Notes under the pieces: model-generated
Databases searched by the model: none
What the model saw: the letters and a program-made list of their open reading frames with translations, nothing else
What the model was told of the DNA's origin: nothing
NCBI RefSeq assembly: GCF_009914755.1
Contig: NC_060932.1
Length of the DNA stretch: 64,000 bases
Strand: one strand, 5' to 3'
Source of the DNA: the human T2T-CHM13v2.0 reference genome, Homo sapiens
Translations under genes and position numbers: made by a program
Part shown: positions 42,381 through 57,277 of the stretch, piece by piece
How the letters are laid out: every line of letters begins with the position of its first letter
How positions within the stretch are numbered: position 1 is the stretch's first letter

Positions 42381-43099
42381 TTCGTTCTAACAACAGCATT
42401 TGCTGTGAGCTATGTATAATTATTTCGGGGTGGGGGATTGAGGGGATTAAGGATCTGAAGCTTAGAAAGGTTTAGTCTTCTCTCAGAAAGATCTTTCAGA
42501 TAGAGGACAAAGTATGGCCATTGGCCCAGAGGCATGGAAATATATGCGTGGTGTATTTAGAGAAGGCAGATAGAAATACTGTACATACCAAGGGGATTGA
42601 AATTCATTCTCTAGAAATGGGTAGCTATTTATAAGAATAACATTACCTGAGGTTTTTTGTTTATTTGTTTAATGCTCTAGTGGCACATTATATAGAATGC
42701 AGGGGAGAAGGCTGCTTGCTGCTTGATGGCTATCCAATGAGCTCAGTTAGGGCAGTGGCTATGAACAAAGAGGCAGGAATTTAAAAGATACCCTGGTGGT
42801 AGAATCAAGACAATTTCTGATGACTGGTTGTTTTAGGGCAGGGAAATAAAGGCTAACTCCAAGGTTTCTCACTTTGACCACTATGTTCAAATATGCCAAT
42901 GCCACCAATTAAGGTAGGAAATGCAGAAGAATTGATCAGTTTGATGGAAAAAAATAATTGATTTGGTGGCATTCAGTATGAGGTGGCTTACTAAGGAGGA
43001 AATTTTCATTAGGAAACTGAATATCAAATCTGGAGTGATCCACTACTTTGTTTTCTTCCCATGTAAGAACAATGCATGCCCTAGCATTTTGGAACATTC

Positions 43100-43370
43100 C
43101 TTGGTGGGATAATAATTTCATAGCTAGCTTCTCTTCATAGGGCTGACTTAGCCACAGATACTGTTCTAACAATCATGTATGATGTATGACTCTTCACAAC
43201 AGTCTTATGATGAAGGCACCCTATTATCCTGATTTCACAGATGAGGAAATTGCAGCACAGAAGGTGCAGGTTATTTTTCCCATGTAGCACAGCCAGAGGT
43301 ATGCCAAGGAGATATTCTCCTCTCCCCAAGTAGTATTTCTCATCCATGATTTCAGGCTCCTGTGGCTGAG
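43100..43370 (+). mobile_element. MIR relic
   Basis: 'tattatcctgatttcacagatgaggaaattgcagcacagaaggtg' MIR core. Confidence 0.65.
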
Positions 43371-46300
43371 ATTCTCTCTCCAAAAGTGTTTCTACCTATT
43401 CTCGGACCTGGGAAGAGGAGAGGTGGGTTAAGGATGTGGTGTGTGAGGGCCTGCTCATTATGTAATCCCTATGCCTCTGGCCTTTATAAAACTTAGCATA
43501 CTTGTTCTCAGCTTGAAGATTCCGTCAGACAGTGCATCTCCCCATTTCTCATTTTCTTTTCTGTAGCAGGAAATGACCGCATTCCTAAGGTGGTTGACAG
43601 GATTCGATAAGTTTATACATCTAAGGTGCCTATTCCTAGCACAGATACGTGTTCCAGAAATGTTAACTAATGTGATGACAATAAAGACAATAATAATGAC
43701 AGTGCGGATGACTACATATTTATCTCTATACTATTTTCCTCAGTGGTTTAGAGAAGAAACATCAAGTCAAGCCCTGCCTTATACACCTCAATCAGAGAGC
43801 AAGAAAGATATTACTAGTTGTCAAGATTTAGAATTTAGAGGTCTCTAGCCTATTCTTTTTGGGAAAGATCTGGAGATACTCCTGTGGTAGAAATGGAGAC
43901 AGGAGAGAAAAGAACCTTTTGTCAGGGTCCAGACAGTCAGAAAAGCTCATCATCCCTCAGCCTCTTAAGAGCACTAAAAAAGAAAAAGTGAGTGAGGTCG
44001 TATGAAACAGGGTGAAAGACACAGAAATATTCAGATCCTCAGTGGGGGTTGTTTAGGAATAGCAAGACACCGGACTGGGTTTTTTAAGTAAACAAATTCT
44101 AGAAGATCAGCCCAAATGCAGGACAAACCCTTGTTTGGACTTTTAAAACTGAGGAGGGGAAATGCTTGAAACATAAAAGACCAACTTGGACCATCTGGTT
44201 CTGTAAGAGTCCCCCAACAACACGTCCTCACTTGATGAGACCAATATAATAAATGAGGATAGATGTGTTTCACTCCTGTCAACAGCCATGCAAGAGGAAA
44301 GATAAGAGAAGCTTTTGAAATTGTAGAGATCTTTTGGCTTTAACTATTCCAGAGGCAATTAGTTCCATATGGGAAGCAAATCCATGAGGATAGATTTAAC
44401 TATCAATTCTGTAGCTGCTTATCAAGAGGCAGTATATTTGGTAGCACACACACAAAAGCCAGATTCTGTTAACTGTGACACCTGCTTTCACCCAGGCAAG
44501 CCAGCAATGAATTAGCCTTTGGCCTCTGATATTCTATGTGTCAACTAATTTTAAAGAAATTAATTAATTATTCCTGGAATTGATACTAATAAGGATAAAT
44601 TACCTTTTAAAAATAAGCTCAACTGAGGCAACGCTACCTTCAAGAGACCCTAAACTGCTTAAAACACAACAGAAAAAGTCGAAGTAATTCCCCTTATGCC
44701 CTGGTAAAAGCTAAATGATCCACAGTGGAAGCCTTTCAAAGTTTTCTGTTCTCTGATGGAATTGATGGTGGGTAACTTTGAAGAAAAGACATTACAAAAC
44801 AGTGGGTAATCCAGATGATTCATTCCTCTGCCCTCTCACAAGCTGTGCCTTATAAGCATATTGTTTTTATCCATTCTTGTGCTTAAGAGAGGAAGAGCAA
44901 AACGTAGGGATAGGGAAAAGAGATAACAAAATAAAGAAGAAATGAAGGATAAAAAGATTAAAGAGAAATAGATGAAGAAAAAGCAAAAAGGTAACAGAAA
45001 AAGAAGAGAAAAAAATCAGTAACATCCTCTCCCTGCACCCCGTTTCTTCCATTTTCTCAAAATTGGCTCCTTTTTAATAGCCACATATTCACATGCCTGG
45101 TGCAGAGAAGGGCACAGGAGCAATGGGGGCAGGGGTTGGCCTTGACAGGTAACACGATTCTCAAAGCCAAAGAACTCAAGACCCACGGGGTTTGTTAAAA
45201 TATATCTGTAGGACAAACCTATGGCCTTCAGAATTTAGGAGAGAAAAAAATATATATATATGTATATTCAACCCATTATTCAAATATTTTGTGCTAAGCA
45301 AAGTGCAGTGCAGTTTGTCAGGCAGTTTCCCCTTAATTTCCAAACCCATGTGTATTTCCAAGGGAATGTGATCCATATGTTTCTAATTCATTTACATTTA
45401 AATCATCATAATGCTGTTTTGCTGAGCTATTTGGTGTCCAAGAAGCCTATGAGGCCTTTTACAAGCCCTTTTAAAGGCTTTCTCCTTTGAACCTGCAAGT
45501 CATGATTTTCCTGTACAGAATGTGAATTAAAATAAAGAAAGTTTATAGTTTCTCTTCAAGCTAAATTCCTCTGTATTTAAATGGATAATAATAATGACAA
45601 CCATTAAAATAATGTGATCTCAGAGGCAACCTTACATATAAATTAAAAAAAATCTATCAGTTGGGGAAAAAAAAGTTCCAGATTTTCTAAAGCAACAGCT
45701 ATGAATAGTAATGACTAGGTTTTCCTCCATTTGCAGATTACATTTAAAATATTATTTGCTTTTTAAACCCCCTGATTTTTCTAAAGCCCAACTTAATTTC
45801 TTTCAGACTTTGAATGTATTCTTGAATACTAATTATAGCTTTCCTCTAATTTTTTTAAAGAAAATTTTGAATGCCTTTGTGCCAGAATTGCCTAGATCCT
45901 CGGTAACTTTATAAACAAATAGAATATTGATTTAGTCTTTTAAAAGTAGCAATCACAATATAATCTGTCATTTATTGAAAATGTTGATATGGGTTGGGCT
46001 CTGTACAGGATGTCTTACATACATTGTCTAATTTAATATTGCAACACCTCTGCAAATTCTTAAGAATGTTTGAAACTTATCCTGAAGGCAAGGGCCGGGT
46101 GTTTTGTTTTCCTGGAAGATAACCTTGACAGCAACGCAAAGGATGGATTCGAAGCTACCTGAGATGGGGAAGCCGGCTCGGAGGCTGTTTCCCTAATAAA
46201 GTGATGGATGAAGGCAGAAGAATTAGCTATAAAGGGAGGGAGAATTAGTTATAGAGAACCCTATGTTTCATATTTTCACAATCATTTCACATTTGGCTTT

Positions 46301-46421
46301 TTAATCAAGAAGCAAAGCTTATTCTGCGATATTTGCTGAAAATTCTAATTTCTCATTTTCCAATGTAATGTCTATGCACCCACAGACACACATTAGGTCA
46401 TCTATAATAAACACTAGCTTA

Positions 46422-46779
<358 letters not shown>

Positions 46780-46974
46780 TCAACACTAGAATAATTTTAT
46801 ACTGAACTTTGCCTTTCTGCACTGATATTAAGAAACTGATCTAACATAATGACTTCTCAAGACAAAAGGAGAGAGACCTCCCAAGTAGAAAGCGGTCAAA
46901 ATTATTTACATAAAATAAAGTTACATTTCTCCATTGCCTTTAGTAAAATATCATCACCAATGCCAGTGTTATAT

Positions 46975-47488
46975 ACACAGTTATATATACCACAGTGTTA
47001 TATACCACATAAAAAGATTTTGGTCAACAATGAACCAAATATATGACAGTGCTCCCATAAGATTATAATACCAGATCTTTATTCTATCTTTTCTGTGTTT
47101 AGATGTACAAATACTTAGCATTGTGTTACAGTTGCGTAGAGTATTCAGTACAGTACATTTAGATGTACAAATACTTAGCACTGTGTTACAGTTGCCTATT
47201 CAGTACAGTAACATGCTTTACAAGTTTGTACAAATACTTAGATGTACAAATACTTAGCATTGTGTTACAGTTGCCTAGGGTATTCAGTACAGTAACATGC
47301 TTTACAAGTTTGTAGTCCAAGAGCCATAGGCTATACCATAGAGCCATAGACCATACCATACAGGCATGTAGTAGGCTGTACCATCTAGGTTTGTGTAAGT
47401 ACACTCTATAATGTTTGCACAATGACCAAATTGCCTAATGATGCATTTTTCAGAACATACCCTTAGTGTTAAGTGACTCATGATTGTA
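46975..47488 (+). mobile_element. Tigger3a/MER7-like TcMar MITE with internal tandem triplication
   Basis: 'ttggtcaacaatgaacc...cccataagattataata...ccatctaggtttgtgtaagtacactctat...gttaagtgactcatgattg'. Confidence 0.85.
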
Positions 47489-48640
47489 TTGTGGTCAGAG
47501 TCATCTATTTGATAATCTAGAGGTCTGGAAATATCTTCCCATCCAGTCTCCCCTCACTTGCTAGTTTGAATTATCCTTAAAAGCCTTAGTTTACTTTATC
47601 TTCAAAAGGTACTTAGGCCTTTTGTAACCTGGACTTTGGAGTCTGGGGGGAGAAGAAGAATCCTTGAAGTTTTCATTAGTACCTTAACCTGTATTGTCAC
47701 TGACAAGTTAGACAATAGCATTAATTAGATATCGTCCAATATCTCAGATGCTTCCTTTTTTCTTCTTCTTTCCAAAGTTTCTTACTTGAGGCCATTGTAT
47801 TTACTTCAATATTTGCATTTGTTCACTTCCCATTAGCATCCCTACTCTAACCCTCTTACATGGACTCTGCAGTAAATTTTCAATGAGCCTCTCGGCTTCC
47901 ATTCCTGTCCTGTGACAATCTTTCTTCACACAGCAGCTAGAACAACTGTTTAAAAATACAAATGATATCACTGCCCTTTAACAGCATATCATTGTTTCTC
48001 ATTATATGTAGAATAAAAGAGAATCTTTGGGACCTGGCTCCAGCCCAGCCCCCAACCTTGCCCCATTGGCTTCTCTTCCTCCATCAATAAGCTCCAGCCA
48101 CCTGGCTGTCCTGCCCTGGTTGGCTCCTTAAGCTTATATCTCACTTCAAATGTCTCCTATGCAGAGGGATCTCCCTCACCCCTCCGGATAAAGTGCGGAG
48201 TTCGTTGACTCATGTGTGAGAGTGAAATCAATTAATGGTTATGACCAGAATGTGTTCAACACACACATAGACACATACACACATGAGAAGAGAATATAGA
48301 GAGTTTAATGACACTTTTACTTTAGTGAACTATCAGTTTACTACTGGGATGGAATATAAATGCATGTTTTGTGGGTCACAATGAAATGAGTAATTGAAGT
48401 TGCAACCACCTAGAAGCTTGATCATAAACATCATCACATGACCTTGTTTGTTTCCTTCATTGCATTTCTCACAATCTGAAATCTGACTTATTTATGTCTT
48501 ATGTGGTTTATTAAGAATGTAAGCACTTTAAAAGCAGGACTCTGTTTTTTTTTTTTTTATCCCTGTTATAACCAGCATCTAGTACAGTGCCTGACATGGT
48601 TCAGGTTCTAAAGGACCTTTCATTCAAAGACTACATAAAA

Positions 48641-48866
48641 CAACGGTATCCAATCTTTTGGCTTCCCTGGGCCACATTCAAAGAAGAAGAATTTTGTTGG
48701 GCCACACATAAAATACACTAACACTAACAATAGCTGATGAGCTAAAAAAAAAATTGCCAAAAAAATCTCATAATGTTTTAAGAAAGTTTACTATTTTGTG
48801 TTGAGCTGTATTCAAAGCTGTCCTGGGTCGCATGCAGCCTGTGGGCTGTGGGCTGGACAAGCCTTG
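48641..48866. mobile_element. MER30 hAT-Charlie MITE
   Basis: 'tccaatcttttggcttccctgggccacatt...atagctgatgagctaaaaa...ttcaaagctgtcctgggtcgcatgcagcc...ggacaagc'. Confidence 0.88.
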
Positions 48867-48879
48867 ATCTAAAAGATGC

Positions 48880-49389
48880 TGCGATGGTGGATTTTAGGTG
48901 TTAATTTGACTAGGCCATAGAACTTAAGTATTTAGTTAAATGCCAGTCTAGATGTCTCTGTGAATGAATTTTAAAGACAATATTAACATTTAAATCAATA
49001 GATCAATAGACTTTGATAAGTCAGTTACTCTCCATAATGTGGGTGGGCCTCACTTAAACAGTTGAAAGCCTTAAGAAAAAACCAAGTCCCCCAAGGAAGA
49101 AAGAATTTCACCTCCAGCCTGCACTGGACTCTAGGCTGCAACATTAACTCCTCTGCGGGTCGCTAGCCTGCTGGTCTGTTCTGCGAGTTTCAGACTTGAC
49201 AACCTCCACAATCTCATCAGCTGGTTCCTTAAAATCCCTCTCTCTCCTTTCTATCTCTTTGCCTTCTCTCTTTTTCTCTCCATGTATACACACACACACA
49301 TGCATGTACATATGTGCACACACACATATACATAGGTACATACACACATACTACTGCTTTTGTTTCTCTGGAGACTGCTAACTGATACA
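48880..49389 (+). mobile_element. MLT2D-like ERVL solo LTR with (CT)/(CA) microsatellite
   Basis: 'tgcgatggtggattttaggtgttaatttgactaggcc...ctccataatgtgggtgggcctca...tgtttctctggaga...actgatACA'. Confidence 0.85.
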
Positions 49390-51217
49390 GATTTGTTGGC
49401 CATTCATGGCACTGCAAAGCTTATTACCACTTTTCTTTAGACATTTGTCCCTTTGCCCAGAGCTCCCCAGTTAGGGTAGGAGCTAACACTAACTCCCTCT
49501 CTTTATTCCCCAAACTCTCAATCCCACCCTCCTTGCCTGTTCATTTCCTTCTCCTCACCATAACATTCTGGCCAGGGGGCCAGAAGTGACTTGCATATTT
49601 CCCTCCCTCATCCTCCAGGCTTTCCAAGTCACCCAAAGAAGAGCCTGCAACTCCAGGCCTTCTTATCCAGGACTCCTGACACTTGCCGTTCTTTGTTTTT
49701 ACTGCTTTCCTCCTGCAAAACTTCTCATGGACAAAATGTTGCACATCATTGCATAGACATATTTAGATGGAAGTAAAATTAGAAGAATATAAGATAACTA
49801 CAAAACAATATCAGCAATGATATCAACTAAAGTAGTGAGATAATGGGTGATTTGTATTTTTCTGCCTTGTACCTTTCTTTAGCATCAAACATTCTACACT
49901 GAGAATTTTAAGTAAAAAGAAGTTATAGCAATTATGGTTTTTAAAAGACAATTTGAGACAATGAAAGTTAAATATAAAAATACTTCATTAAAATGTCTTT
50001 TCTTCAATAAACTGGCATATTAATTAATACCATTCATATTAGCAATTGATCTGATTGTGTCTCTGATGGTTTCATGTGTGATTGTGATGTTGCCAATAGG
50101 ACTTTAAGCCTCTTTTGAACAAGGAAAGTATTTCACATAAAAATGTGCAAAGAGAGCTATGCAATACAACAGGCCTTGGTTAGAAATATATCTCTGTCAC
50201 TCACAGCTGTGTGCCTGTTCTCGTGTGACTTAATCTCACTGGTTCTAATTGCATAAAATGAGAACAATAAGACATTTATGTGATGCACCTAGCAGTGCTT
50301 GGTTCATTGTATATGGTCAATAATTGTTAGTGTCTATCCTTGCAGTTACATGTTAATTTCCACAACACCTAACAACATGTTAAACACACAATAAAATAAC
50401 ATAAATACATATAAAATGAAATGGTGTGAAATTAAACTGACATGTGAGGATAGGGCTGGGAGGAGGTATATTTCTTTCTCTGCGGTTTTAAGCTGCACTG
50501 ATACAGGTTTCCAAATGTCTGTGTTCATGTTTTATTATTAGAGAAATTCCTCCTACATATGTGACATTTTTGCTAGTGTTTTAAAAACTATATAAATAGC
50601 AGTCTTAATTGAAGTACTACTTGATTCTTACTATTAGATACATCTATTTTTTTTTTTTGGAAATTTATGTTATATCCTAAAAATGTCAGCTTTCCATAAT
50701 GAGTGATTTACTAGTGTCCTTTTTCTTTAAAACTTTAGTTTCAAAACTCACTAGAGCTAGTTTGATAAAGGTATTCACTTTAAATGCCAGAAAACAAATA
50801 GAAGAGCACCCTTTTCTGAACAAAAATTATCATTTTTAATAAATGCATTAAGGAAAATATTTGAATGTATGAACAAAAGGATCTTCTACTAGGCAAAGCC
50901 AAAACTGATAAGTTTCTACCCTAGAAGTAAAAATATATTCCTGTTTATTCAGTTGGCAAATTTATTATCAAAGGCAAGTTAAAGTTTGAAACTCATTTGA
51001 TCCTATTATAGAATAAATTTCTGTATTTAGGGAAAGGCTCAGGAAACTCTTTCAAATCTAAGATTTTGTTGTTTTGTGATATAGCAATTCTAGGAAATTT
51101 TTAATGTTCATTCCTAATTTTTTTAATATCTTCATTTTTGTTTGGTGTTATACACCTATGACCTTGGTACTGAAAATTTAGGTTTTTACCATTCATGTTT
51201 TTTATTTTTATTAAAGC

Positions 51218-51310
51218 AGGAAGAGAAAAGAAAGAGAAAGTGAGAGAAAGGAAGGAAGGAATGATGGGAGGAAGGAAGGAAGGAAGGTAGGAAGGAAGGA
51301 AGGAAAGAAG
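51218..51310. repeat. Short GGAA/GA-rich microsatellite
   Basis: Interrupted runs of 3-4 GGAA units. Confidence 0.9.
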
Positions 51311-52421
51311 GGCACAAATGTTTCTGAAATTTCACAAGGAAATTTCATTTAACTCTAGAGTTCTACAAATACGTAATAGAAATATGTAGATATGTAAAAC
51401 ATCTGCTTATATTACCACAGAGTTACATACCACATTTTGCATAATTTCCCCAAATCTCTTTAATAACTAAGGTTAAAGTGTTAAATTTTAAAGTATGTTC
51501 TAAATAAATTTTACTAGATATTCTAGTATAAGAAATTTGAAAAATAAATCTGGAAGCTTATGGATATTACATATGTAAAGTCCCTGTTATTTATGCTGGC
51601 TTTAAATACTTGATTAAGCATCCATATGTCAACCTGATCCTATGGAAGGTCAGAGTAAACAATGTGTTTCCGAAGTTAAGTGCTCAAACACACGAGGTTA
51701 CTGATTCTTCTGGAGTCAGGGGGTATCATTTATTTAACAAATGGCATCTGGTGTCCTTGGACCACTCAAACATGTCACTAGATATAAATTGGAGCAAATG
51801 AGTAAAAATAACCTGCAACTAGATTCCAAATCCTAAAAAAAAAAATCAAAATTTCTTTTGGATGCTAATTTTCTAAAAAGGTTGCCAGTTTTCCCTGGAT
51901 TAGTGAAATAGGCACATGATGTTCGAAATTTCAAATGAATTTATTTTTCTAGCTCCATGGGAGAAATAAGCCAACATACATTTTGGAGGGTGATGAAAAA
52001 ATGTCTATTAATCATGTAACAGTATAACTGTCTGGACATATTGGTCTATGGTATTTTACATTAGCTCCTGAGATTTAAGCCAGGTTTCCCTGGCAGGCAT
52101 GCAGACATGTGTCTAATTGCCTACCTGTACCTCTAAACAATGGTGTTCTACCTAGAAACTCTGCCTGATGGCTTGGCATAAGATAAATTGAAGTGACCTA
52201 CTTTAAATAGAAGTTCTGCCTGTGTAGCAAGGTCCTTAAGGGGATCCTAGTTTGCAAGTGTCTAGAAAACTGTGAGCTATCTGAATAGTCCACCATGAGT
52301 TCTATTCCCAAAAGACTCTAATAGTCCTCAGAGAAAAATCAGCCAACAAAAATTTGGGGACTGATGGTCAGTTTCCTGGGAAACTGAGCTTAACAATCTT
52401 GAGTAGAGAAGACAGATAAAA

Positions 52422-52859
52422 ATGTTGATGGGACTCAGAACATGCTACTCCAAAATATGGCACCATGGCATTTGATAAAATAGCAGAATCAGGAAGTTCT
52501 CTCTGACCCTCTTCCACCCCCACCCCTGAAGCAAGCTGTAAAAGAATTCTCCAACCTTCCTATACCGGGAAGAAAGGAATGTCCTTATCTCTGATGACAC
52601 AGACTCACAGAAGAATCCAAGCAAACAGACCTTGCTAAGTGTCCCTAGTTTATTACCATTAGATCATAACCCCTTTGTCCACTTCTTCATCAAGCCTAAG
52701 TATAAACAGATTGTCCTGCTTCTTTGGATCTTCATTTCTGAAGGGCCCTGTGTCATGTAAACTTATGTTAAATAAATTTCTATGTTATTTTCTTGTTAAC
52801 CTGTCTTTACTATAGGATCCTCAGCCATGAGCCTTGCAAAGATATTACTTTCCCCTACA
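52422..52859 (+). mobile_element. MER34/MER39-class ERV1 solo LTR
   Basis: 'gggactcagaacatgctactccaaaatatggcacc...aaacagaccttgctaag...aaataaattt...ttcccctACA'. Confidence 0.7.
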
Positions 52860-52961
52860 GTTTCCACAACGTTTTAGGACTGAGAGCTTGCCTAAAGGTG
52901 GAAGAGAATTAAGGTGTTGCTTGGGATCCATAGAGGGAAACGGTAAATTATAAAAGTTCTC

Positions 52962-53625
52962 TGGTATAATAAAGAATATATCTTTGTCCCTAGTTCTTGG
53001 CAGTCTTAAAAACCCTTGGCATTTCCTGAGCCATAGTAGTTTTTGTTATGCTAATGAGGTGATTCCTGGTGGCCCTGAGATAGCTTTAAGATGAAGGCTG
53101 GTCATCAGAAAGACCAAACACTGGATTAGAAAGTCAGAACTTTGGGCCAACCTGACCCCCAGGGAAGAGACAGAGGCTGGGGATTGAGTTCAAGTGTGTG
53201 ACCAACAATATACTCAGCATGTCTATTTCATAAAACCCCAAGACAAAGTCTGGATATTGAGGCTCAGAGGAGATTTCTGATAGGTGAACAGGGTAATGTA
53301 CTGAGACTCCATGGAGAGGGCATGGAAGCTCTGTGGCTGGGACCCTTCCAGACCTCATCCTGTATGTTTCATTTGCATTAAAACTGTAATTATAAGTATA
53401 GTGCTTTTAGTGGCTCCTGTGAGTTGTTTTAGAGTGCTAGAATTATTGACCATGAAGGGGTCATGGCAAGCCCAAATTTACAGCTAGTCAGAAGGGCAGG
53501 TGCTCCCCCAAGATGCATCTGAAATGAGGGCAGTCCTGAGGAGGACTGAGCCCTTAAACTTGTGAAGTCTGATGCTAACACTGCATAGTTACGGCCAGAA
53601 CTGTATTGGCATACACCTAATTGCA
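52962..53625 (+). mobile_element. MER21C-like LTR
   Basis: 'aaaacccttggcatttcctgag...ttgttatgctaatgaggtga...catcagaaagaccaa...catggaagctctgtg...gagcccttaaacttgtgaagtctgatgctaac'. Confidence 0.75.
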
Positions 53626-54394
53626 GTAGAAGAAGAGCACTTCGAAGCTAGAGAATCAGCTCAAGTTCCTTCAGAGAGAATAGTAACACAAACTCAAAGA
53701 GCCAGGCTATTTCTCCTGACTTTGTGAAATCAGAGGTAGAAGTGAAAGTCATCCCCAGGGATGTGGGAATACGTTTAACCCTGGTGCTGGCCTTGAATGA
53801 AGGGCTCTTATAAGTGAAGGGTGAATAAGTGCTTCTTAGCAAATGGAGAGGGGCAGAGCAGGAATTTAGGGGAAATACCAGGGCTGAAGCAGTGATAGGT
53901 ATACATATACCAGGACAGATGATGTTTAAAAGTGACACAAAGGAGATGACCTTGAATAAAATATCAGGAGATGGGGATAGGTTATAACATAAGAATTATA
54001 GGCAAAAAGGAGACATGCTTATGTGCAGGTTATGCCGTTAATTAAGTGGTAAGCAGTTCTAATATCAGATGAGGGACATTATAAGTAAAGGTCCCCAATC
54101 TTGAGGGTTCCAGAGCAAGAGTATAGCCTAATGGAATAGCCACAGTACCAGGTTCAATTCCCCAATGTCTCCACAAAATGAAGAACTTGTGAGCACCAAG
54201 AGATGCAGGTAGTAGGGAACCAAGCAGGGATCAGGGCAAGGGATACAGAAAGATATTATCAGATAATCCTGCTAAAATACCAAAGTCTCTGTTTCCCTTT
54301 GGCATTTGACCGTGGTGTCCAAGTTAGCTAACATTTGCTCTTGAACATTTTACCTAGAGTAAAAACAACATCAACAACTACAGCAATGGCAGTA

Positions 54395-54560
54395 GTAATA
54401 ATAATCAATATTTATCAAATATTTTCTATGTCCTGAACACTCTGCTAGACATTTTACATGCATTTTCTCAGTTAATTCTCACAACAACATCATGCAATAA
54501 CTACTATATTTTCCCCATTTTACACAGCAGAAAACTGAGGCATAGAGAGAAGTGCTTGAG
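54395..54560 (+). mobile_element. MIR relic
   Basis: 'taattctcacaacaac...ccccattttacacagcagaaaactgaggcatagagaga' MIR core. Confidence 0.75.
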
Positions 54561-56930
54561 AGCCTGAAAGGCTGGAGCAGTCTGGGGTCGAGAGAAACAG
54601 GAGGTGTCCTGAAATTTGTATGATGTTCCTTGTGTTCAGCTGAGAAAGAGTTAGGGTCACGTCAAGGATTCACAGCAATGGGCAAAGATTAACAGTGACA
54701 CATGCAGCTGCTATTTCCTCTACAGTTTAAAAAACCAACATGGCTGATCAAATTGACCACGTAGTCAACAGAATTCACTCATTACGAATTTGAAGAAAAA
54801 AAAAAATCAAATGATTTCAAAAGGGAAAATTTCTTTGCATGCAAATGGTCTGGATATTTTCCCCAAAGGAAAATCAAACAAAAGACTGCATTTGTCCTTG
54901 ACTCTTGGAGACTGAGAGCAACATCAAGAGGAAACTCAAGAGGAGCACAATCCTATTTAAGGGCTTTGACTAAGTCTTGGTATTTTCAGTTCCTCTGAAG
55001 ATTCCCACACCTTGTGGACATATGAAAGGGCTTAGTATTTAGAAGATTTTATTACCAAATCATAAATATTTTATTTACCCAAACCTGCAAGGAAGGAAGA
55101 AATGATGGGGAATTTGGGCAGCTTTCTAGGGAAATTCGTGCCAAGGTCCCATTTGCATTGACTTTGCAAGGCACTCAAAGCACTTTTGTTTCATTTCACA
55201 TATTTCATTCTGTTGGAATATAGCCACCAGGTATGTGGCACAGATAAAGTCATCTGCCAATATCCGGGTTTAAATCTGGAAAACAAATATGTCAATGAAC
55301 TTGATATAGGCAACATCTTTCATGCTAGCATCTGCTCTGCCATTTCCAAAGATTTCTAGCAATGGAATCGATATTGATACTGTTCTTTATAAAGATAAAC
55401 ATACTGGCCCTCCATCATGTGGGTATATGCTCTGAAAGTTTTTCTTGCAGATGAGAAAACCGGTCCTTGTTCATTCTATTGACCAAACCCCAATGTGCCC
55501 ATGGGAAAAGCTTGCCAGGATGAAATGTGTAGGCCACTGCTGGAAAGCAGCAATGTAACTGGCTTATGTAGAGATAAAATTTGTAACTCTGCACTCATGC
55601 TGATTCTTACTGATGCTGTAGAATCGGTCTCCACCATCCTCATAATTGAGGTTCCTGTTAGTCTTTGTTCTTTTCAACCTGTCCTCCACACATCCTCCAG
55701 ACCAGCTTTTCTGAAATAAAAACCCTGTTTTCGTTTTATTTCACTGTGCTTAAAAACCTTCAATGACTTCTCATTGCCGACGTGAATGAAAGTATAATTA
55801 AGCTTATAATCAGATTATAATTTAGTTTATTGATATTTATTACTATTAGCGTAAAATTAGTTTCTAAATACTGACAAATTAGGAGGTTTTACTTCAATAT
55901 ATATAGATATGTGTCTTTTCTTATTAAATTGAGGTGGTCTGAAGATATGGGGCCCCTTTTCCTACCTAGATGAGAGCTACCTAGCAACTGTCTTCTTTTA
56001 GGCCCATGAAGTTTTCTCAAATTTGAGGTTGTCAGTTGCCACGTACTGGGCTGTTTGTTCAATTTTTGAATGGTAGATAAATATTACTCTTCACGTTTAT
56101 CAAGTGGGGAAGCAGTGTTTTACTAGTGAACAGGCTCTCAAAAGAACAATAAACAAAACAAAACAAAACAAATAAAGAAGCTCTGATGGGTTGCATTTGC
56201 TGATTTCTATGGTGCAAATATTTTCACCATGCCAGGTTTGAAGCTACCAACATGAAATCACTGAACTCCAGATTGAGAAGAAATGCTAACATATAGCTCT
56301 CATACTGATTCCAGTGCAGCATTATAATAAAGACCAAGAAAGCTATGTGTTTCAAAAGTAGAAAACAAAACAAAATCAAAGGAGGGCACTTACATAACAC
56401 TTTGCTCACATTATTTGCCTGGCCCACACAGACTCTTGGATGTGCAGTTCTTGCCAATGATTAAATAAATTTCAAACTGCTTAAAATGGCCTAGCAAATC
56501 TTTTTACAATTTAATCTCAAACTAAATTTCTAAACTATTTCCTGCCACTACCCACATAATGTATAGCTTCTTGATGTTTCTATTATACACCCATTATTTT
56601 GCCATATCTGTGTCTTCATGTATGAAACCCTCTATATATGGAATACCATTGTCATCACTACATCTACCATACCTTCTCTGTGAAACTTTCTTAAGTGATA
56701 CTTAAGAGTTAAATACTTCTAATCTCTGCTTCTAGGTCACTATGCATTTGGTGTTGTAAATTGTGAGCTCTCTGAGAGCAAAAAATATGTCTTATTTATT
56801 GGTGTATTCAAAAAGCCTAGCATACACATTACATCCCTGATCAATAAACACTGGTGAAAGGCAAGATATAACTAGCCCTTAAATGAAATATTTAAGTTTC
56901 ATTTATAAAATGCATAAAAACTTCTAATGC

Positions 56931-57277
<347 letters not shown>

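Noticed and set aside
43550-43600. Strong-looking plus-strand acceptor (ttttcttttctgtagcag) and ORF 43573-43848
   Set aside because: Lies in an antisense MIR relic and has no good donor; likely a pseudo-site
47099-47313. Three direct repeats superficially resembling a CRISPR array
   Set aside because: Head-to-tail duplications without unique spacers, inside a Tigger MITE, in a eukaryotic context with no cas genes
51218-51310. GGAA microsatellite as an EWS-FLI1-type enhancer (also considered for 61023-61997)
   Set aside because: Consecutive GGAA runs are only 3-5 units, shorter than typically associated with such enhancers
55800-56460. Possible Charlie8/MER102-like DNA transposon inside an L2 relic
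   Set aside because: Too degenerate to set boundaries or family by eye
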